Positions 24,673 through 39,645 are shown, numbered from the stretch's first letter. The stretch is 64,000 nt of DNA from Haliotis rubra (GCF_003918875.1 NW_025767086.1:434001-498000); one strand, 5' to 3'. The notes: generated by a model not told the origin, from the sequence alone. Made by a program: numbers and translations.

Positions 24673-26849
24673 CACAGAGATGCCAATAAGTTGGCAGAGA
24701 TCTGTATGCCATATACATATGTTATTATTTGAAGAAACAAAAAATATTTCTGTAATCATTAGTAATATCTGCTAAATGGAGAGTCTATTTTATAATTCTG
24801 ACTAGAGCATAAGTATGTGCATCATACGTATCACTGAAACACTGGTGACACCAGGTGTTCACAAGGAAGTAAGCGTATCCTGCCCCACCAGCATGCCTGC
24901 CTTCATCTTGTGTTTCTTGTCACTTTTTCACAATGTTGACGCAATCTCTGTTTTATGCAGTTGTGCTTGGTAATGTGTAGTTAAAGGGTACACAAGAAGG
25001 GTATTAGTACCTGGTATTAGCCAAGGTTCAACTGAGTGAGGACTGTGTGTTAAATTCACCACCCTTCAGCTAACATTCTGACTAACTAACAAGTGAATGT
25101 TTTATATACAATGTACTTCACATTTTTCAAATTGCATGTTGTTGATTTCTTTTCATCATTCAGCAAATTTATATGTATTTCCTTTTACATCTGGCATAGA
25201 ATGTCTGTAAAACAAGGTGTGCGACTGCTATTGCTGTAATGTTCTGCTACAGAGAAATAGGTTGTTTTAGGCCATGGCTGTCTTTTTTTTATAGTGAAGT
25301 TATTGAACATTGGTGTTTGTTTCATAAGTTATACTACATACTGAATTGTGGATAAATTAAGATCTCTTAATTGTTGATACAAGATTTGGATAAACTGAGA
25401 GACATCCTGCTGTACATGTTTCATATCCAGATTATTTTTAAAATATATTTTTGTTACCCTACTGGCAACTAGTTATTGTGAGTTTTTGAAATGAATGTTC
25501 ATATGTCTCAAAGAGTAATTTGAAGCTGTTCACTGTATGGATGTAACATATGTATTATGTGGAAAGCCTAAACAAGTATGCCGTTGAATAAGCATCGCTA
25601 CCTAAGCGATAAGTGATACTTTGCCAGTTAATCATTAAAATCAAATGCATATTTGTCTTTATTTTAAGATCTTTGCAATTTTTTAAATCCATGTAGATAT
25701 TTCCTATACTTAAGTATACACTACAATAACACTCCTGCACAGAGAGAATGACAGAAGGTGACTGGAAAGGCAGGGTAGCTTAGTGGTGATTGTCAGGATG
25801 TGTTCCATTCATCATTTCTCTTGGTCAAACAAATGTATTTGCGAAATGTATGGGAAGTTTGAAAGTAAATGTGATGAATGATTTATATGTATTGTTTCAG
25901 TGTACTTGTTTCCGACTTTGATAGTCATTGTTAGTCAAGAGTCATCAGCGTGGCAAGTGGTCCTGTCCATAGAGCTTAGGTCCAGGTCACAAATCAGTTG
26001 AAGTTGAGCAGCGTTGGGCTCGGAGAGTTCTTGGATGGGTGACGTGTTTGGAATCATGACTCTTGAGAGGTCCAGGACTTCGGTCCTGCCCCCATCCTCG
26101 ATAATCTCCAGGGTATACGTTACGATCACTCTCCACTATGCCCTGGATGCATCTACGGCTTGGGGCGATGAGTTTATTACCTCCCTTGTCTGGCTCCGCA
26201 TTCTCACAGTAGCCAATCAGCTAAGCCGCCGTTACAACCTTGCCTCTGTTCGTCCAGCAGAAAATGGGTATTTGGTGGGTTAAGTCATGTGACTATTAAC
26301 CTACTAGCGTCTCACAGGCAGCTTGGGTTACCTGGGGTAATAATAATCAGATTGTGTGTTGGTGCTTGGAGCATGTGTCTTGTACATGGAATAAGACATG
26401 CATTATAAGACAAGTCAAGATTTTTTTAGGTCAAAGACCAATACAATTTAGCTTGATTGAATATTATGAAATCACAGTTATTATTATTATCATTAACTGA
26501 CTGGATTTAATTAAAATTGTGCCTGGTTTTAAATGAAAGTGAAAACTTTTTGAGATCCTCCTAGAAACCACAAGTCTAGTAATCTGAAAAATTGTTATGA
26601 TGTATAGCAACACATATTGTCGTTTGTTTAAGGACACACACATCTCAGAAGTTACACAACCGAGATAGCTGCAACTTTGTGTATAGACATGTTTGATGTC
26701 AGATGTAAAACAAGTATTATTTTCTCAGGAAGAACATTGTAGGAATCTAGAACATTGATCTGACATTGAGATTTGTTCATTCCAGTACCATACTGTTAAG
26801 GGGCGATTGGAAACAACAATATAACCTAGATGTCGAACGCAAAGGAGTT

Positions 26850-27480
26850 AAGTGTGAAACCAACAACCTCAAGAGACATTTTATAATCAAGAAGGTCATG
26901 CATACAATACGTATTGTTAAATACAACTGTATTCTAGAGATGTATGTCGGTCATATCCTCCCTGAAAACAAAGGTTATGGGATATGTAAAACCGACTCTA
27001 CTAGCTAAAGGGCTAACACGCGAATTATTAGAAAGAGGTATACTTCAAAGACTAGTGGACTAATAATAATGTCACATTTCCACATGCTTTTCAGTTTGGA
27101 TTTAGAAAAGGCGCTGACATAGTAGTCTCAGGAAAGTCTTGCCTACTGTAACGCGAGAGATACGCCTGTATACTGCGTTTACACGATACCTAGAAAGCAT
27201 TCACTGGGGTATGGCTTGACGGTTTGTATTACAAGTAAGATACATGTAGATACGGATTTACTGGTAAAGTATGGAGAATTCTGCGCTACCATATAACTCC
27301 ATGGAATCACTTATATTAGCATCACTTGTGGCTTTATTTCATGTCAAACAAGGCGTTGGCCAAGGACGTGTCATATCTGCAAGGCTCTTTGGTCTCTAGT
27401 CTAATGATCTACTGAACAACTCTCTATATGGACTTAATCTAGTCCCAGTATACCTCTTGCAGATGAAACAACTTTATCGA
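26850..27480 (+). mobile_element. Highly decayed LINE reverse-transcriptase fragment
   Basis: Remnant VKQGVGQGRVIS (GVRQG motif) at ~27340-27380; no long ORF. Confidence 0.4.
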
Positions 27481-28114
27481 GTTGTAAGCTGTAATGTATT
27501 GGCAAGACTTTTGAAATATGAAATGTTAGAAACAATATACACGACATTTCTGTAAGAAATCGCAAGAGTTCCTTAACACACATCTAACTGGTCGAATTCA
27601 GTTCATTTCAAAGATATGTCGTTGAGTGTGCACGTCTTCAAACAGCTACTCATGGCCAGGCTGACACAGTATGAAAGGGTAATGAACATGAAACATCCAA
27701 TCTTGGAAATGAAACATCCAATCTTGGACATGAAACTTCCAATGTAACACACACACAAACACACACCAGCAGTGCACAGCAGGTGTAGAAGCGTGCTACA
27801 TTATATCCTGAACACTTTGCTGACAATGCCCATGTAGCACATTTGCATATGGTATGGTTTATTATTTTGTATGTCATGTGAGATAATCCTCCACGAAGGA
27901 GACCTCCATTTAGCAGAGGTTGTGATTTACTTGAGGTTAACGTATTATTAGAACTATCGGAAGATGAAGGTGATCTGTTGTTTATCTCTGCTGCTTGGAG
28001 GTATAATTACTCAGTGGGAAACAAGTTTAGATTTCCATATATGGCAGCAGATGATTCTCACTGTTTCATCCACCGATTCCATTCAATCAATACAAATCAC
28101 TTCAAAGTGATAAC

Positions 28115-28772
28115 AACAGCAGTACACACTAGAGTGACAAGACACAATTCAGTGGCAGCACGACAATAGCAGTACACACTAGAGTGACAAGACACAATTC
28201 ATTGGCAGCACAATGGCAATAGCAGTACACACTAGAGTGACAAGACACAATTCAGTGGCAGCACAACGACAATAGCAGTACACACTAGAGTGACAAGACA
28301 CAATTCAGTGGCAGCACAACGACAATAGCAGACAATAGACAGTGGCAGCACAACGACAATAGCAGTGACAAGACACAATTCAGTGGCAGCACAACGGCAA
28401 GTACACTAGAGAGTGACACAAGACACAATTCAAGCACAACGCAGTACACACTAGAGTGACAAGACACAATTCAGTGGTAGCACAACGACAATAGCAGCAG
28501 ACAAGACACACTAGAGTAGCAGTACACAAGACACAATTCAGTGGCAGCACAACGACAATAGCAGTACACACTAGAGTGACAAGACACAATTCAGTGGCAG
28601 CACAATGGCAATAGCAGTACACACTAGAGTGACAAGACACAATTCAGTGGCAGCACAACGGCAATAGCAGTACACACTAGAGTGACAAGACACAATTCAG
28701 TGGCAGCACAATGGCAATAGCAGTACACACTAGAGTGACAAGACACAATTCAGTGGCAGCACAACGACAACG
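28115..28772. repeat. Minisatellite, ~53 bp unit (gcagtacacactagagtgacaagacacaattcagtggcagcacaacgacaata)
   Basis: Direct tandem copies with a scrambled middle. Confidence 0.93.
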
Positions 28773-30779
28773 ACTGTATAAAATACAGAAACCGTGGCAA
28801 CAGCAATGAAATTATTAGGACTGCACTCTATTACCGGTATACCGCTGTACCATTTTCAGACGATACCTATTGTAATATTGTTTTCTGAGAGCCGGTATAT
28901 AAATAACATATAAGAAGTTTTTGTGATTATGTTTATGGTTTAAATTAAAATCTACACAGACTTTCCTTCACAACAAATGTTTTACTTCGCTATTCAATGA
29001 CAAAACGGCATATTGTAAAACTATAAATTTACCCAAAAAAATGAAAAAAGAGAGAGAAAATAGAATCCCTAACTATGCAACCTAAGTTTGCGATGGCTGT
29101 TATCAGAATCATAACATATATATTTTAGGGACTTATAATGTGGAAAATAGGATCGACATGTACAATTAATGTCACTTACTGTCAAACTATATCGCAATAC
29201 GTATCGCAATACGGGTACCTGAATCGCAATATACTGCAATACAATTTATTTGCCAATACACAACAGTAGAAATGATCAGATTTATCTTGCAGCAGTAGCG
29301 GTCAAGTTTCATATAAAGTCCCATACGCGATGTCCATGGTGAAAATGTGATCTGGTTTTGATGTCATGTGAGATGATAGAGGCATCTATTCACCGACTTA
29401 GATGGCCTTACGTATACATACTAGAACATTCCAAGCTATACTGTCGTGGATTAGTCTACAGCTGTTCTAAATAAAGTCCAGAGTACACCTGACTCCTAAA
29501 AGCCTCAAAATATATAAAACTGCCATATATCAAACACAATGTTATTAACTTTTACTGTATCTTAACGCACTCAGTTTGATGCAATATCAACACTGTTTAA
29601 TTGCATGCTACACTTTCATATAACAATATGTATGGTCAATGTGAGTAAAAACGGCTGTTTAAAAAGAAAATCTACTGTTTTTATCTTCAGGCAAGCTTTG
29701 TTCGTACAAAATATTTGAATAACGCGCGTCTGAGACAAGGTCCTTCTAATACACTTCCTCATATATATATTCGCTCCGTGTATTATTGTAGATGACTGCT
29801 GTTCATGAGTAAGTTAGGGAATGCTAATTTCTTCGTTTTCAAAAAGCCAGAGAAGAATTTTGTTTTCGGTTTCTTGTTATATTCTATGACGGCTTTGCAT
29901 GTTGCTTTGTTCCCATTTTCAGGAGAAACTGGCCTTGTTGCTAGTTTCCAGCGGGTAAAACAACCACCCATCACACCCTTCCACTGACAGTTCGGTATAT
30001 ATTACTACCTGCAGCAAACATGCGATTTACATGCGGGTGCTTCACGCTTTACGAACACGATTCATTCAGGGGCAAGCTTTACGGGTAGTTGCGAGAGGGG
30101 ACAATCCAGTTGTTAAACATAGATGGCGTAACAAGCGTCACTTCCTGCTTGAAAGGAAAGTACGGAGTAACACTGATACTGACCTAACGGTGTGTTCACT
30201 CTGAGCATAGAACTATGAGTAGAATGTGTGAGTGGTTAAGGAGTCTGTTGCATGGGCCTCAAATGCAAGGCAAGTTAAAGAATTTGATTGCCATAGTTAC
30301 AGCTGTGTTGCACACGGGTTTCTGCACATGTCTACGATCTCTTCCCTTCCTACTCCAACCCCCATTTATTCATTAATTTTCAATTCTAGTTCGTCTTGAT
30401 ATCGTTATCATCAGCTTATGCTATGCCGTCCGTTAGTATGGCAGCACAAGGTCTCTGGTTCTCACTCAGCATTGAACATATCACTATCAATTTCACTGAA
30501 GATGTTCTTCACATGCCTGTTTACAAGAAAGTGATGGCCGAAGCTGATTGCAGTGACTGGTTGGCTTTGAAGGTCTAGTTTTCAATGTGTTACCAAGCAC
30601 ACTGGTTATAACCAGCAGTACTGGATGGTTCATCAAAGTAACTTCACGATCTATGGATGCCTGATGTCACAGACAGAGCCAACTTTTCATACGTAGCCTT
30701 CCTAATCGTTACCTGATAAACAACTTAAGGTAAATCCAATTATGTGAAAGGCTGATATGGTGACTTTGACCAAGACATC

Positions 30780-31362
30780 TGACTTAAGTTTTACTGTACA
30801 TCGATGATCTAATATCGTTCAATAACCATCAAATAGCCAGTTCCCTTCCACCTTCCCAACTTGAAATTAAGGAGACGAGTGAGATCACATCAACTGTTTC
30901 ATATTTAGATCTATGCATAAAGATTCAGAGTTGGCTGTATGACCAAAGGGATGATTTCAACTTTCCAATAGTCAACTTCCCTTTAATGCAGAGCAATATT
31001 CCAACATCTTCAGCCTTTGGTGTTTACATTTCACAACTTTTGAGGTACTATCGAGCATGTTCTTTTTATCAGGATTTCAAAGAATGTCATACCACTCTTG
31101 CTCAGAAGTTGTTTGGTCAAGGTTACAACATTCAAGCCCTCAGTAAAGCTTCCAAGAGGTTTTTTGGTAGACATGTGGACAAAATTTCCAAAGATGCGTC
31201 TGACAAAAATGATGTCCGATGCAATTCCCTATTTTGAATTATACCGTACGTTCTCGAATTATTATTGGTGAACAACTGACTAGACTTTGCTTATGTTTAT
31301 GACGGGTGCCACCAGTGGGGCAGGATACACTCACCTGTTCGCGAACACCTGGTATCATCTCT
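30780..31362 (+). mobile_element. Penelope-like retroelement fragment (RT C-terminus plus downstream conserved non-coding segment)
   Basis: YIDDL, SYLDL and LYDQRDDFNFPIVNFP..SNIP...FGVYISQLLRY.RACS motifs; gacgggtgccacc...cacctg segment at ~31300-31360. Confidence 0.7.
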
Positions 31363-32693
31363 ATTTCATAGTGATTCATAAACACATGCTATGTCATCGT
31401 ATTGCTGTCAGGTCCAGACGCGATACAGCTACAATACTGCTGAAACACATATCAGCTCATGACATAGTCACACTTGTACAATCGACTCTGCAATTAGCAG
31501 GGATTTCTTATGAATGTGGAAAGGGTTTTGTCGCTTGTATTTGAAAAACATCACCATGTACCCATTTTATTTAATTACAATCAGTGTCTGGTATCTCTTT
31601 CAATAAAACTTAGCTACAACTGACGAATTGTAGTCAGTACTTTTGTCAGGGAACATATTTTCAAATCACACTGTACATTATTTTGTGTTATCACATCCTC
31701 GTCCGGAAATATTATATCACTGAATCACGCTGAGCATATGCACCTGTGGTACGCTTCATGTGACACTGCTTCGTGTTTTAACCTCCCTATCTCCTATTTT
31801 GTCTCCAAAACACCTTTGGCGATTAAGCTGACATTGTCTATCACTTGCCAGCAATGTCTCCACCTTGCATGGGAAAATCATACTAGAAAGTGTTTCATGT
31901 ATGTTTTAGTTACTGGAATCAAAGACTCACATTCGGTCAAATCTGTTGTTGCTATTGGCCAAGGTATGTACCAGCACTTATTTTGTGAATAGTGGTGACG
32001 TAGATGTGTCTGTCTGTAGAGAAATATATTTTCTCTGTGTCAAATATCATTTTATGCAGGACTCACCTTCGTCCATCTGCATTCCTCAATTGTCATTTTT
32101 ATCATCCCCTAAATACCTTATATTTTTAATGAAATATGATTTGTTTCCTAAATTCCTACAAACGTGGAGGTCATTACTTGTAACCTACAAAACGTTGAAT
32201 AGCATTTCTCCCACACAATTCTAACATTTGAGAAAGCTTTCTGGTTGACGTTTTTTAATACTTTAAGGTCCCCAATGTTGAAAAATACAAAGACCATAGA
32301 TACAATGAACATAAACGCGAAGTATATCATGCTATAAAAATATAACTTTCATTTGTTTCAAAATACCATGAATCGCATTATATATGTGGATGTATTAGGA
32401 TTTACGCAAAATGTAAATACTTAAAACGACATACGACTATTGAGTTTAACAGATAACAGAGATAAAGTACCTGTAACATAAGAAATATATAGTTTTCCTG
32501 TTTTCTCAGAAAGCTTCGAACGGTAACATTACCGTAAAATGGGCGATTGCGATACCATGTACATGACACAGACGTTCGCCAACAACCTGGCAGAGCTAGA
32601 TACCAGTATTTCAAATATGATCAGGCTGAGATGGTTTTCTTATTTGTTAATTCTGAACTAACGCATTTGTTTTTGTCCTACCCTTTTCCTTAG

Positions 32694-33221
32694 CCAACAA
32701 CGTCATCTTCAACCTACCTTCCAGCACTGACCCCGACCCTGGGTTCTCCCATGCCACGTTAGTCTACAGCAAGGATGACGAAGATGACGTAATGGATCTG
32801 CGATCCACCTTGCAGGATCTTCAGCTGTATAATGGGAACAGGGTTAGCGTGGCTTTGGAAGAAGAAATTGTACCTGACGGAGTAACTGAAGTCGAGGCAT
32901 TCGATCAGTGCTTGTTAAAATCTGAGTTAATATTATTATTCATAACAAAGAACTTTGTCGTGTCTCGCCAGGACATTTGGAAGGGTAATGTAACATTAAC
33001 GGATTCGCTTAGTGGTGGTAAAAAAAGTTATTCCCATTTTCACTGAAGATAAATTAAAAGCTACATATCTAGAAGAATGCCACGCTTTTAGATCTATCCG
33101 GGGAATAAATTACCACAACTGTAAATGGAGTAAAGACACAAAGATTGCTTTTCTCAAAAACTTTAATCACATAGAGAAACAGCGCGAAGGACCAGGCAAG
33201 GCGCATGCACGTGATTCTTAG
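32694..33221 (+). CDS. TIR-2 terminal exon: TICAM-like TIR paralog with a +1 frameshift in an A7 run (33020-33026); pseudogene or assembly error
   Basis: Acceptor ttccttag (phase 1). HATLVYSKDD...GVTEVEAFDQC...LLFITKNF...[fs]VIPIF...RSIRGINY..CKW aligns to TIR-1 and TIR-3. AATAAA at 33299. Confidence 0.78.
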
Positions 33222-34299
33222 TACCTGTCCGAATATGGCCGTAGTATTGACCGGCGGAATGCTCTTAGCGAAATGTGATGATTAAACCAGTTATATACAA
33301 TAAATATTTCTGTAGCACAGTCTAGATTGTATTCAATTAATCGCAGCAAAATAGAAACCTTCTTGACTGTGTTGTCCGCTGGTCTCGACGCAGAATGAAG
33401 TCCCGGATCCCAGACGTTATCCCCTTTACCCAGACACTCAATCATATCTACATCTGCTCACCAGTTCTTCGTCGTCTGTTTCCAATGGAATTATTAAGGG
33501 TCACTTTGGCGTCTTGATGATGAGGTGTGGTTTAGTGAACTATAGACACGATATGAAAATCGTTTACATGGAACACGCTTCGAGCTGACAGAACGGAATG
33601 ATCGTGTTTCAGTGTTACACCTTTCAGTGTACGATGCTAAGATATACTTGTAAGACACAGTGGTAGCCAGATGTGTATTCTTCAATAACCTTTTTGCCTC
33701 AATAAGCTTTGAGCTCGACAACGGTGTAGGAATCTACACCTAAACGTCACTCCATGCAATAAACAAGAAGTTGTCATCCATATACAGTGAAGCCTCGTTA
33801 ATCCGGACGGTTGCGTTGTAGTTGTGTGTTTCATTATTGACTCACCAACTTTTGGAATGCCGATCAAACAATTATGTGTCAATGTTTAAACAATGTTTGA
33901 GTGTCCTTGTATTGTATTATAACAAAATGTATGTCATCCTGTATGATGCTCTATGGGTGTATATACTGTAGATGTACAAGTAGTTTCATACAGTACTTGT
34001 ATTTGTAATGAATTAATTCTACTTGAGTCATTGTGTCAGTGTCACCTATGCCTTCCGTCACCAATGCAACTTCATCTATATTTTATACTGTACAATAAGG
34101 GCTAGTGTTGAAATTTACATTTTATATAATTGTATTCTTGAAAACAATATGGTTTTACACCTTCCTATTTATTTTATTTTATTATTATTATTATCAGCGC
34201 TGTCATCCTCGATAATCTCTATACCCTGGAGATGAAGCGCTGTAGGTACATGTATTTGTATGTGTGCGTTTTGTCATGAATGAAATGACCATAGTATAC

Positions 34300-37200
34300 A
34301 GTAATACCAGGACAGATGACACATTAATACCACGACAGATGACACACAGTAATACCAGGACAGGTGAGTCGTACCAGTACAGATGACACACAGTAATACC
34401 AGGACAGATGACACACAGTAATACCAGGGACAGGATGACACACAGTAATACCAGGACAGATGACACACACACAGGACACAGTAATACCAGGACAGATGAC
34501 ACACAGTAATACCAGGACAGGTGACACAGATAATACCAGGACAGATGACACACAGTAATACCAGGACAGATGACACACAGTAATACCAGGACAGATGACA
34601 CACAGTAATACCAGGACAGGTGACACACAGTAATACCAGGACAGATGACACACAGTAATACCAGGACAGATGACACACAGTAATACCAGGACAGATGACA
34701 CACAGTAATACCAGGACAGATGACACACAGTAATAACAGGACAGATGACACACAGTAATACCAGGACAGACATGACACACAGTAATACCACCAGGACAGG
34801 ATGACACACAGTAATACCAGGACAGATGACACACAGTAATACCAGGACAGGTGACACACAGTACCAGGACAGATGACACACAGTAATACCAGGACAGATG
34901 ACACACAGTAATACCAGGACAGGTGACACACAGTAATACCAGGACAGGTGACACACAGTAATACCCAGGACAGGACAGATGACACACAGTAATACAGGAC
35001 AGATGACACACAGACAGGACAGATGACACACAGTAATACCAGGACAGATGACACACAGTAATACCAGGACAGGTGACACACAGTAATACCAGGACAGGTG
35101 ACACACAGTAATACCAGGACAGGTGACACACAGTAATACCAGGACAGGTGACACACAGTAATACCAGGACAGGTGACACACAGTAATACCAGGACAGGTG
35201 ACACAGTAATACCAGGACAGGTGACACAGTAATACCAGGACAGGACAGATGACACACAGTAATACCAGGACAGATGACACACAGTAATACCAGGACAGAT
35301 GACACACAGTAATACCAGGACAGATGACACACAGTAATACCAGGACAGATGACACACAGTAATACCAGGACAGATGACACACAGTAATACCAGGACAGAT
35401 GACACACAGTAATACCAGGACAGATGACACACAGTAATACCAGGACAGATGACACAGTAATACCAGGACAGATGACACACAGTAATACCAGGACAGATGA
35501 CACACAGTAATACCAGGACAGGTGACACAGTAACACAGTAATAGTACCAGGACAGGTGACACACAGTAATACCAGGACAGGTGACACACAGTAATACCAG
35601 GACAGGATGACACACACACACAGTAATACCAGGACAGGTGACACACACAGACAATACCAGGACAGGTGACACACAGTAATACCAGGACAGGTGACACACA
35701 GTAATACCAGGACAGGTGACACACAGTAATACCAGGACAGGTGACACACAGTAATACCAGGACAGGTGACACACAGTAATACCAGGACAGATGACACACA
35801 GTAATACCAGGACAGGTGAACACACCAGGACACAATACCAGGACAGATGACACACAGTAATACCAGGACAGATGACACACAGTAATACCAGGACAGGTGA
35901 CACACACAATAATACCAGGACAGGTGACACACAGTAATACCAGGACAGGACAGATACCAGGACAGTGACACACAGTAATACCAGGACAGGTGACATGACA
36001 CAGGTGACACACACAAACACCAGGACAGGTGACACACAGTAATACCACGACACCAGTAACACAGGACAATGACACACTCAATACCAGGACAGGTACACAG
36101 TACACCAGGACAGGTGACACACAGTAATACCAGGACAGGTGACACACAGTAATACCAGGACAGGTGACACACAGTAATACCAGGACAGGTGACACACAGT
36201 AATACCAGGACAGGTGACACACAGTACACAGTAATACCAGGACAGGTGACACACAGTAATACCAGGACAGGTGACACACAGACAGGGTGACACACCAGTA
36301 ATACCAGGACAGGAGGTGACACACAGTAATACCAGGACAGGTGACACACATACCAGGACAGATGACACGAAAGTAATACCAGGACAGATGACAGTAATGA
36401 CAGGTGACACAGTAATACCAGGACAGGTGACACACAGTAATACCAGGACAGGTGACACACAGTAATACCAGGACAGGTGACACACAGTAATACCAGGACA
36501 GGTGACACACAGTAATACCAGGACAGGTGACACACAGTAATACCAGGACAGGTGACACACAGTAATACCAGGACAGGTGACACACAGTAATACCAGGACA
36601 GATGACACACAGGACAGGACAGGATGACACACAGTAATACCAGGACCAGGACAGTGACACAGGACAGGTGACACACAGTAATACCAGGACAGGTGACACA
36701 CAGTAATACCAGGACAGGTGACACACCAGTAATACCAGGACAGGTGACACACAGTAATACCAGGACAGGTGACACACAGTAATACCAGGACAGGTGACAC
36801 ACAATACCAGGACAGGTGACACACAGTAATACCAGGACAGGTGACACAGTAATACCAGGACAGGTGACACACAATACCAGGACAGGTGACACACAGTAAT
36901 ACCAGGACAGGTGACACACAGTAATACCAGGACAGGTGACACACAGTAATACCAGGACAGTAATACCACACAGGTGACACACAGTAATACCAGGACAGGT
37001 GACACACAGTAATACCAGGACAATGACACACAGTAATACCAGGACAGGTGACACACAGTAATACCAGGACAGGTGACACACAGTAATACCAGGACAGGTG
37101 ACACACAGTAATGACAGGTGACACAGTAATACCAGGACAGGTGACACACATCAGGAATGACACACAGGACAGATGACACACAGTAATACCAGGACAGGTG

Positions 37201-37435
37201 ACACACAGTAATACCAGGACAGGTGACAGGACAGTAATACCAGGACAGGTGACACACATACCAGGACAGGTAATAATACCAGGACAGATGACACACAGTA
37301 ATACCAGGACAGGTGACACACAAATACCAGGACAGGTGACACATTAATACCAGAACGGTTGACACATCAATACCATAACAGTTGACACCTATTAATACCA
37401 CGACAGATGACACATTAACATCAGAACAGATGACA
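34300..37435. repeat. ~3.1 kb satellite, 25 bp unit (acagtaataccaggacag[a/g]tgacac); related diverged copies at 37645-37790
   Basis: More than 100 tandem copies; source of the spurious 400-1000 aa ORFs. Confidence 0.97.
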
Positions 37436-38262
37436 TGTGTTTATTATTCCAGCACAGTTAAAAGTGGGTACACTCGCGTGGGCATGAACACACATATGCA
37501 GGCTTGTTTGAGAAACAAACTTCAAGAGATGGACAATGAAAGCAAACGGGAGTAACTCTGGCTGTAACAAGGCTCAACAGTATTCGAAATCAGATGTAAT
37601 GTATCTGACTAAAGTTGTGCAAGCTTGTTTGAAATACAAAATTAATAATACACATTAATACCAGGATAGGTGACACACATTAATACCAGGATAGGTGACA
37701 CACATTAATACCAGAACAGTTGACACACATTAATACCAGAACAGTTGACACACATTAATACCAGGACAGGTGACACATTAATACCAGGACAGAATTTGTG
37801 AACGATTCTTTACTTTAGACACAAGACGAAATTATTAACCGCCATTCGACAACATAGATTACTCAGAATGGATTAATGTGATGACTACCTTTCACTGAGA
37901 TCACTAATGTGATGTGTCTGGGAGGGACAGTGTCAAGATGTAAGAGTTGACTTTACAAACCATCAAAGCAAGCTCTGTTGATATTAACAATAAACATTAT
38001 ACAGAATATATACACAAATGAAGATTTAAATACATTGCATAATTCACTCGATACAGGAGCAGATAAACAAATATGCATTAATTGTGAAGATGGACATATC
38101 CAAAAAGACTCTATTATAAATATATAAATACTCTCTTTTACACTGACACGCACGCACACACACATACACACACGCACGCACGCACACACACACTCTGAGT
38201 GTGAGGCCTGGCCTGAGTAACTTCCACGTTTAGCGTTCATCAAGTTAAGGCTACTACAGGGA

Positions 38263-38547
38263 TCAATGTAAGATACAGGAAAGTAAAATCCCCACAGTAC
38301 TGGCTACAGTTGCTATGAAGAATAGCACAAGCAGCAGTCTGTCCACCACGACTGCCACCTTCCTCCACTCCTCATCAATGACCCCAGCAGCCTGTTTGTC
38401 GCTGTACCGGCTGTTTATCTCCTTCAGAACGGATAGCTGCTCCTCCAGCACGTGTTTCAATGGCAGTAAATGATGATAGTCGAGCACACCAGTGTCTTGA
38501 GATTCCAAACTAACCATTTCCTTTTGCTTTAACGTGTTGAAATGGTC
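38263..38547 (-). CDS. nAChR alpha subunit last exon (MA helix, TM4, stop)
   Basis: EEWRKVAVVVDRLLLVLF motif; acceptor tttcag, phase 0. Confidence 0.93.
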   Translation of the reverse strand, partial: DHFNTLKQKEMVSLESQDTGVLDYHHLLPLKHVLEEQLSVLKEINSRYSDKQAAGVIDEEWRKVAVVVDRLLLVLFFIATVASTVGILLSCILH

Positions 38548-38970
38548 CTGAAACAATGGAAATTGTAAATTAATCAGGACATAGTAGCTGAATATCTACA
38601 ATATACATGAATCGAATCTAGATTCGGCGTATCAATAAGCCACAACTCCATCTACACTATTAAGACAAGCTTTGCATATTTCGTATATCAAATGAGATTT
38701 TATTTGTATTGGAAGAGCCAATTTGTGCATTTTAACCTAAGATATACTAGTACGTTCTTTCGACAAGTAGTATTTTAAAACTACCCCGTCAGAATGTATA
38801 TATACATGGACCTCTGTTCAGAGATCTCAGATATGTATCTCTGTTTCATTTATTGAGGACCATGTTTCCTTTAATCACAAACATCCATAGGATTACAGAA
38901 CGAAAACTGTTTGAATTAATAGTTATAATGCCTTTCTTGCGTTACCGGTGTGAAACTAGTCTTATCTTAC

Positions 38971-39185
38971 CCTGTGGACGTGACTGTATACGTCCTTTAT
39001 CTTCACTGGGTACACTGCGGGTTCTTTCCTCACACAAAGGAGCTCCGAAAGAGTCCCGAGAAATATCTTCCTAATCCAGTGAGGAACTGGGTCGCCATGC
39101 TGACCGCGGAAGTGCACGTTCAGCACGATCACTGTGAGGGCCGTGGAGAGCGCCACCAGCAGCATTGCCACGCAGAAGTAGATTC
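38971..39185 (-). CDS. nAChR alpha subunit exon (TM3 and start of intracellular loop)
   Basis: GIYFCVAMLLVALSTALTVIVLNVHFRG...VPHWIRKIFL; phase 1/0. Confidence 0.95.
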
Positions 39186-39645
39186 CTGTGGAAGAGAATG
39201 GTATTTAGTTGTCGGAAACTAGTCTTCATGTGTTTGGGAGACAGAGATAAAGAGTTCGCTCGTCACGCCTAAAGCCGGGGTTCCTTTCGAAAAGTAGGAT
39301 ATATAAGGCCCACCATGATTGTGCTGGAACATTGCTAAAAGCGGTGTAAATTCAACTCGCTTAACCTGAATGCGTTACACGATCACGTGACAGGCTGTTC
39401 GTAAAGACGGTATGTGGATTAAAACTAGCATTTTATACAGACCTATCACCTTATATCCACTGGTACTATTACTGTCGCTTTTAACGATCGTATCTGGTTT
39501 AACAGACCTGCCAACAGAACATATTGGGAGATGGGCCAGTCAAACCACTTACTGGCTAAAGCTATAAGGGTCTTCTGTTGTGCATGTCACACACACACAA
39601 TACACGTTTTATCAACCGAGACTGAATGGAGTATTGAGAACATAC

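Noticed and set aside
28115-28772. Regular repeats (also 47586-48272) that could be mistaken for CRISPR arrays
   Set aside because: No unique spacers, no cas genes, and the context is eukaryotic.
34203-37413. ORFs of 413-1029 aa rich in C/V/L/Y
   Set aside because: They are translations of a 25-bp satellite that lacks stops in all three minus-strand frames; no evidence of coding.
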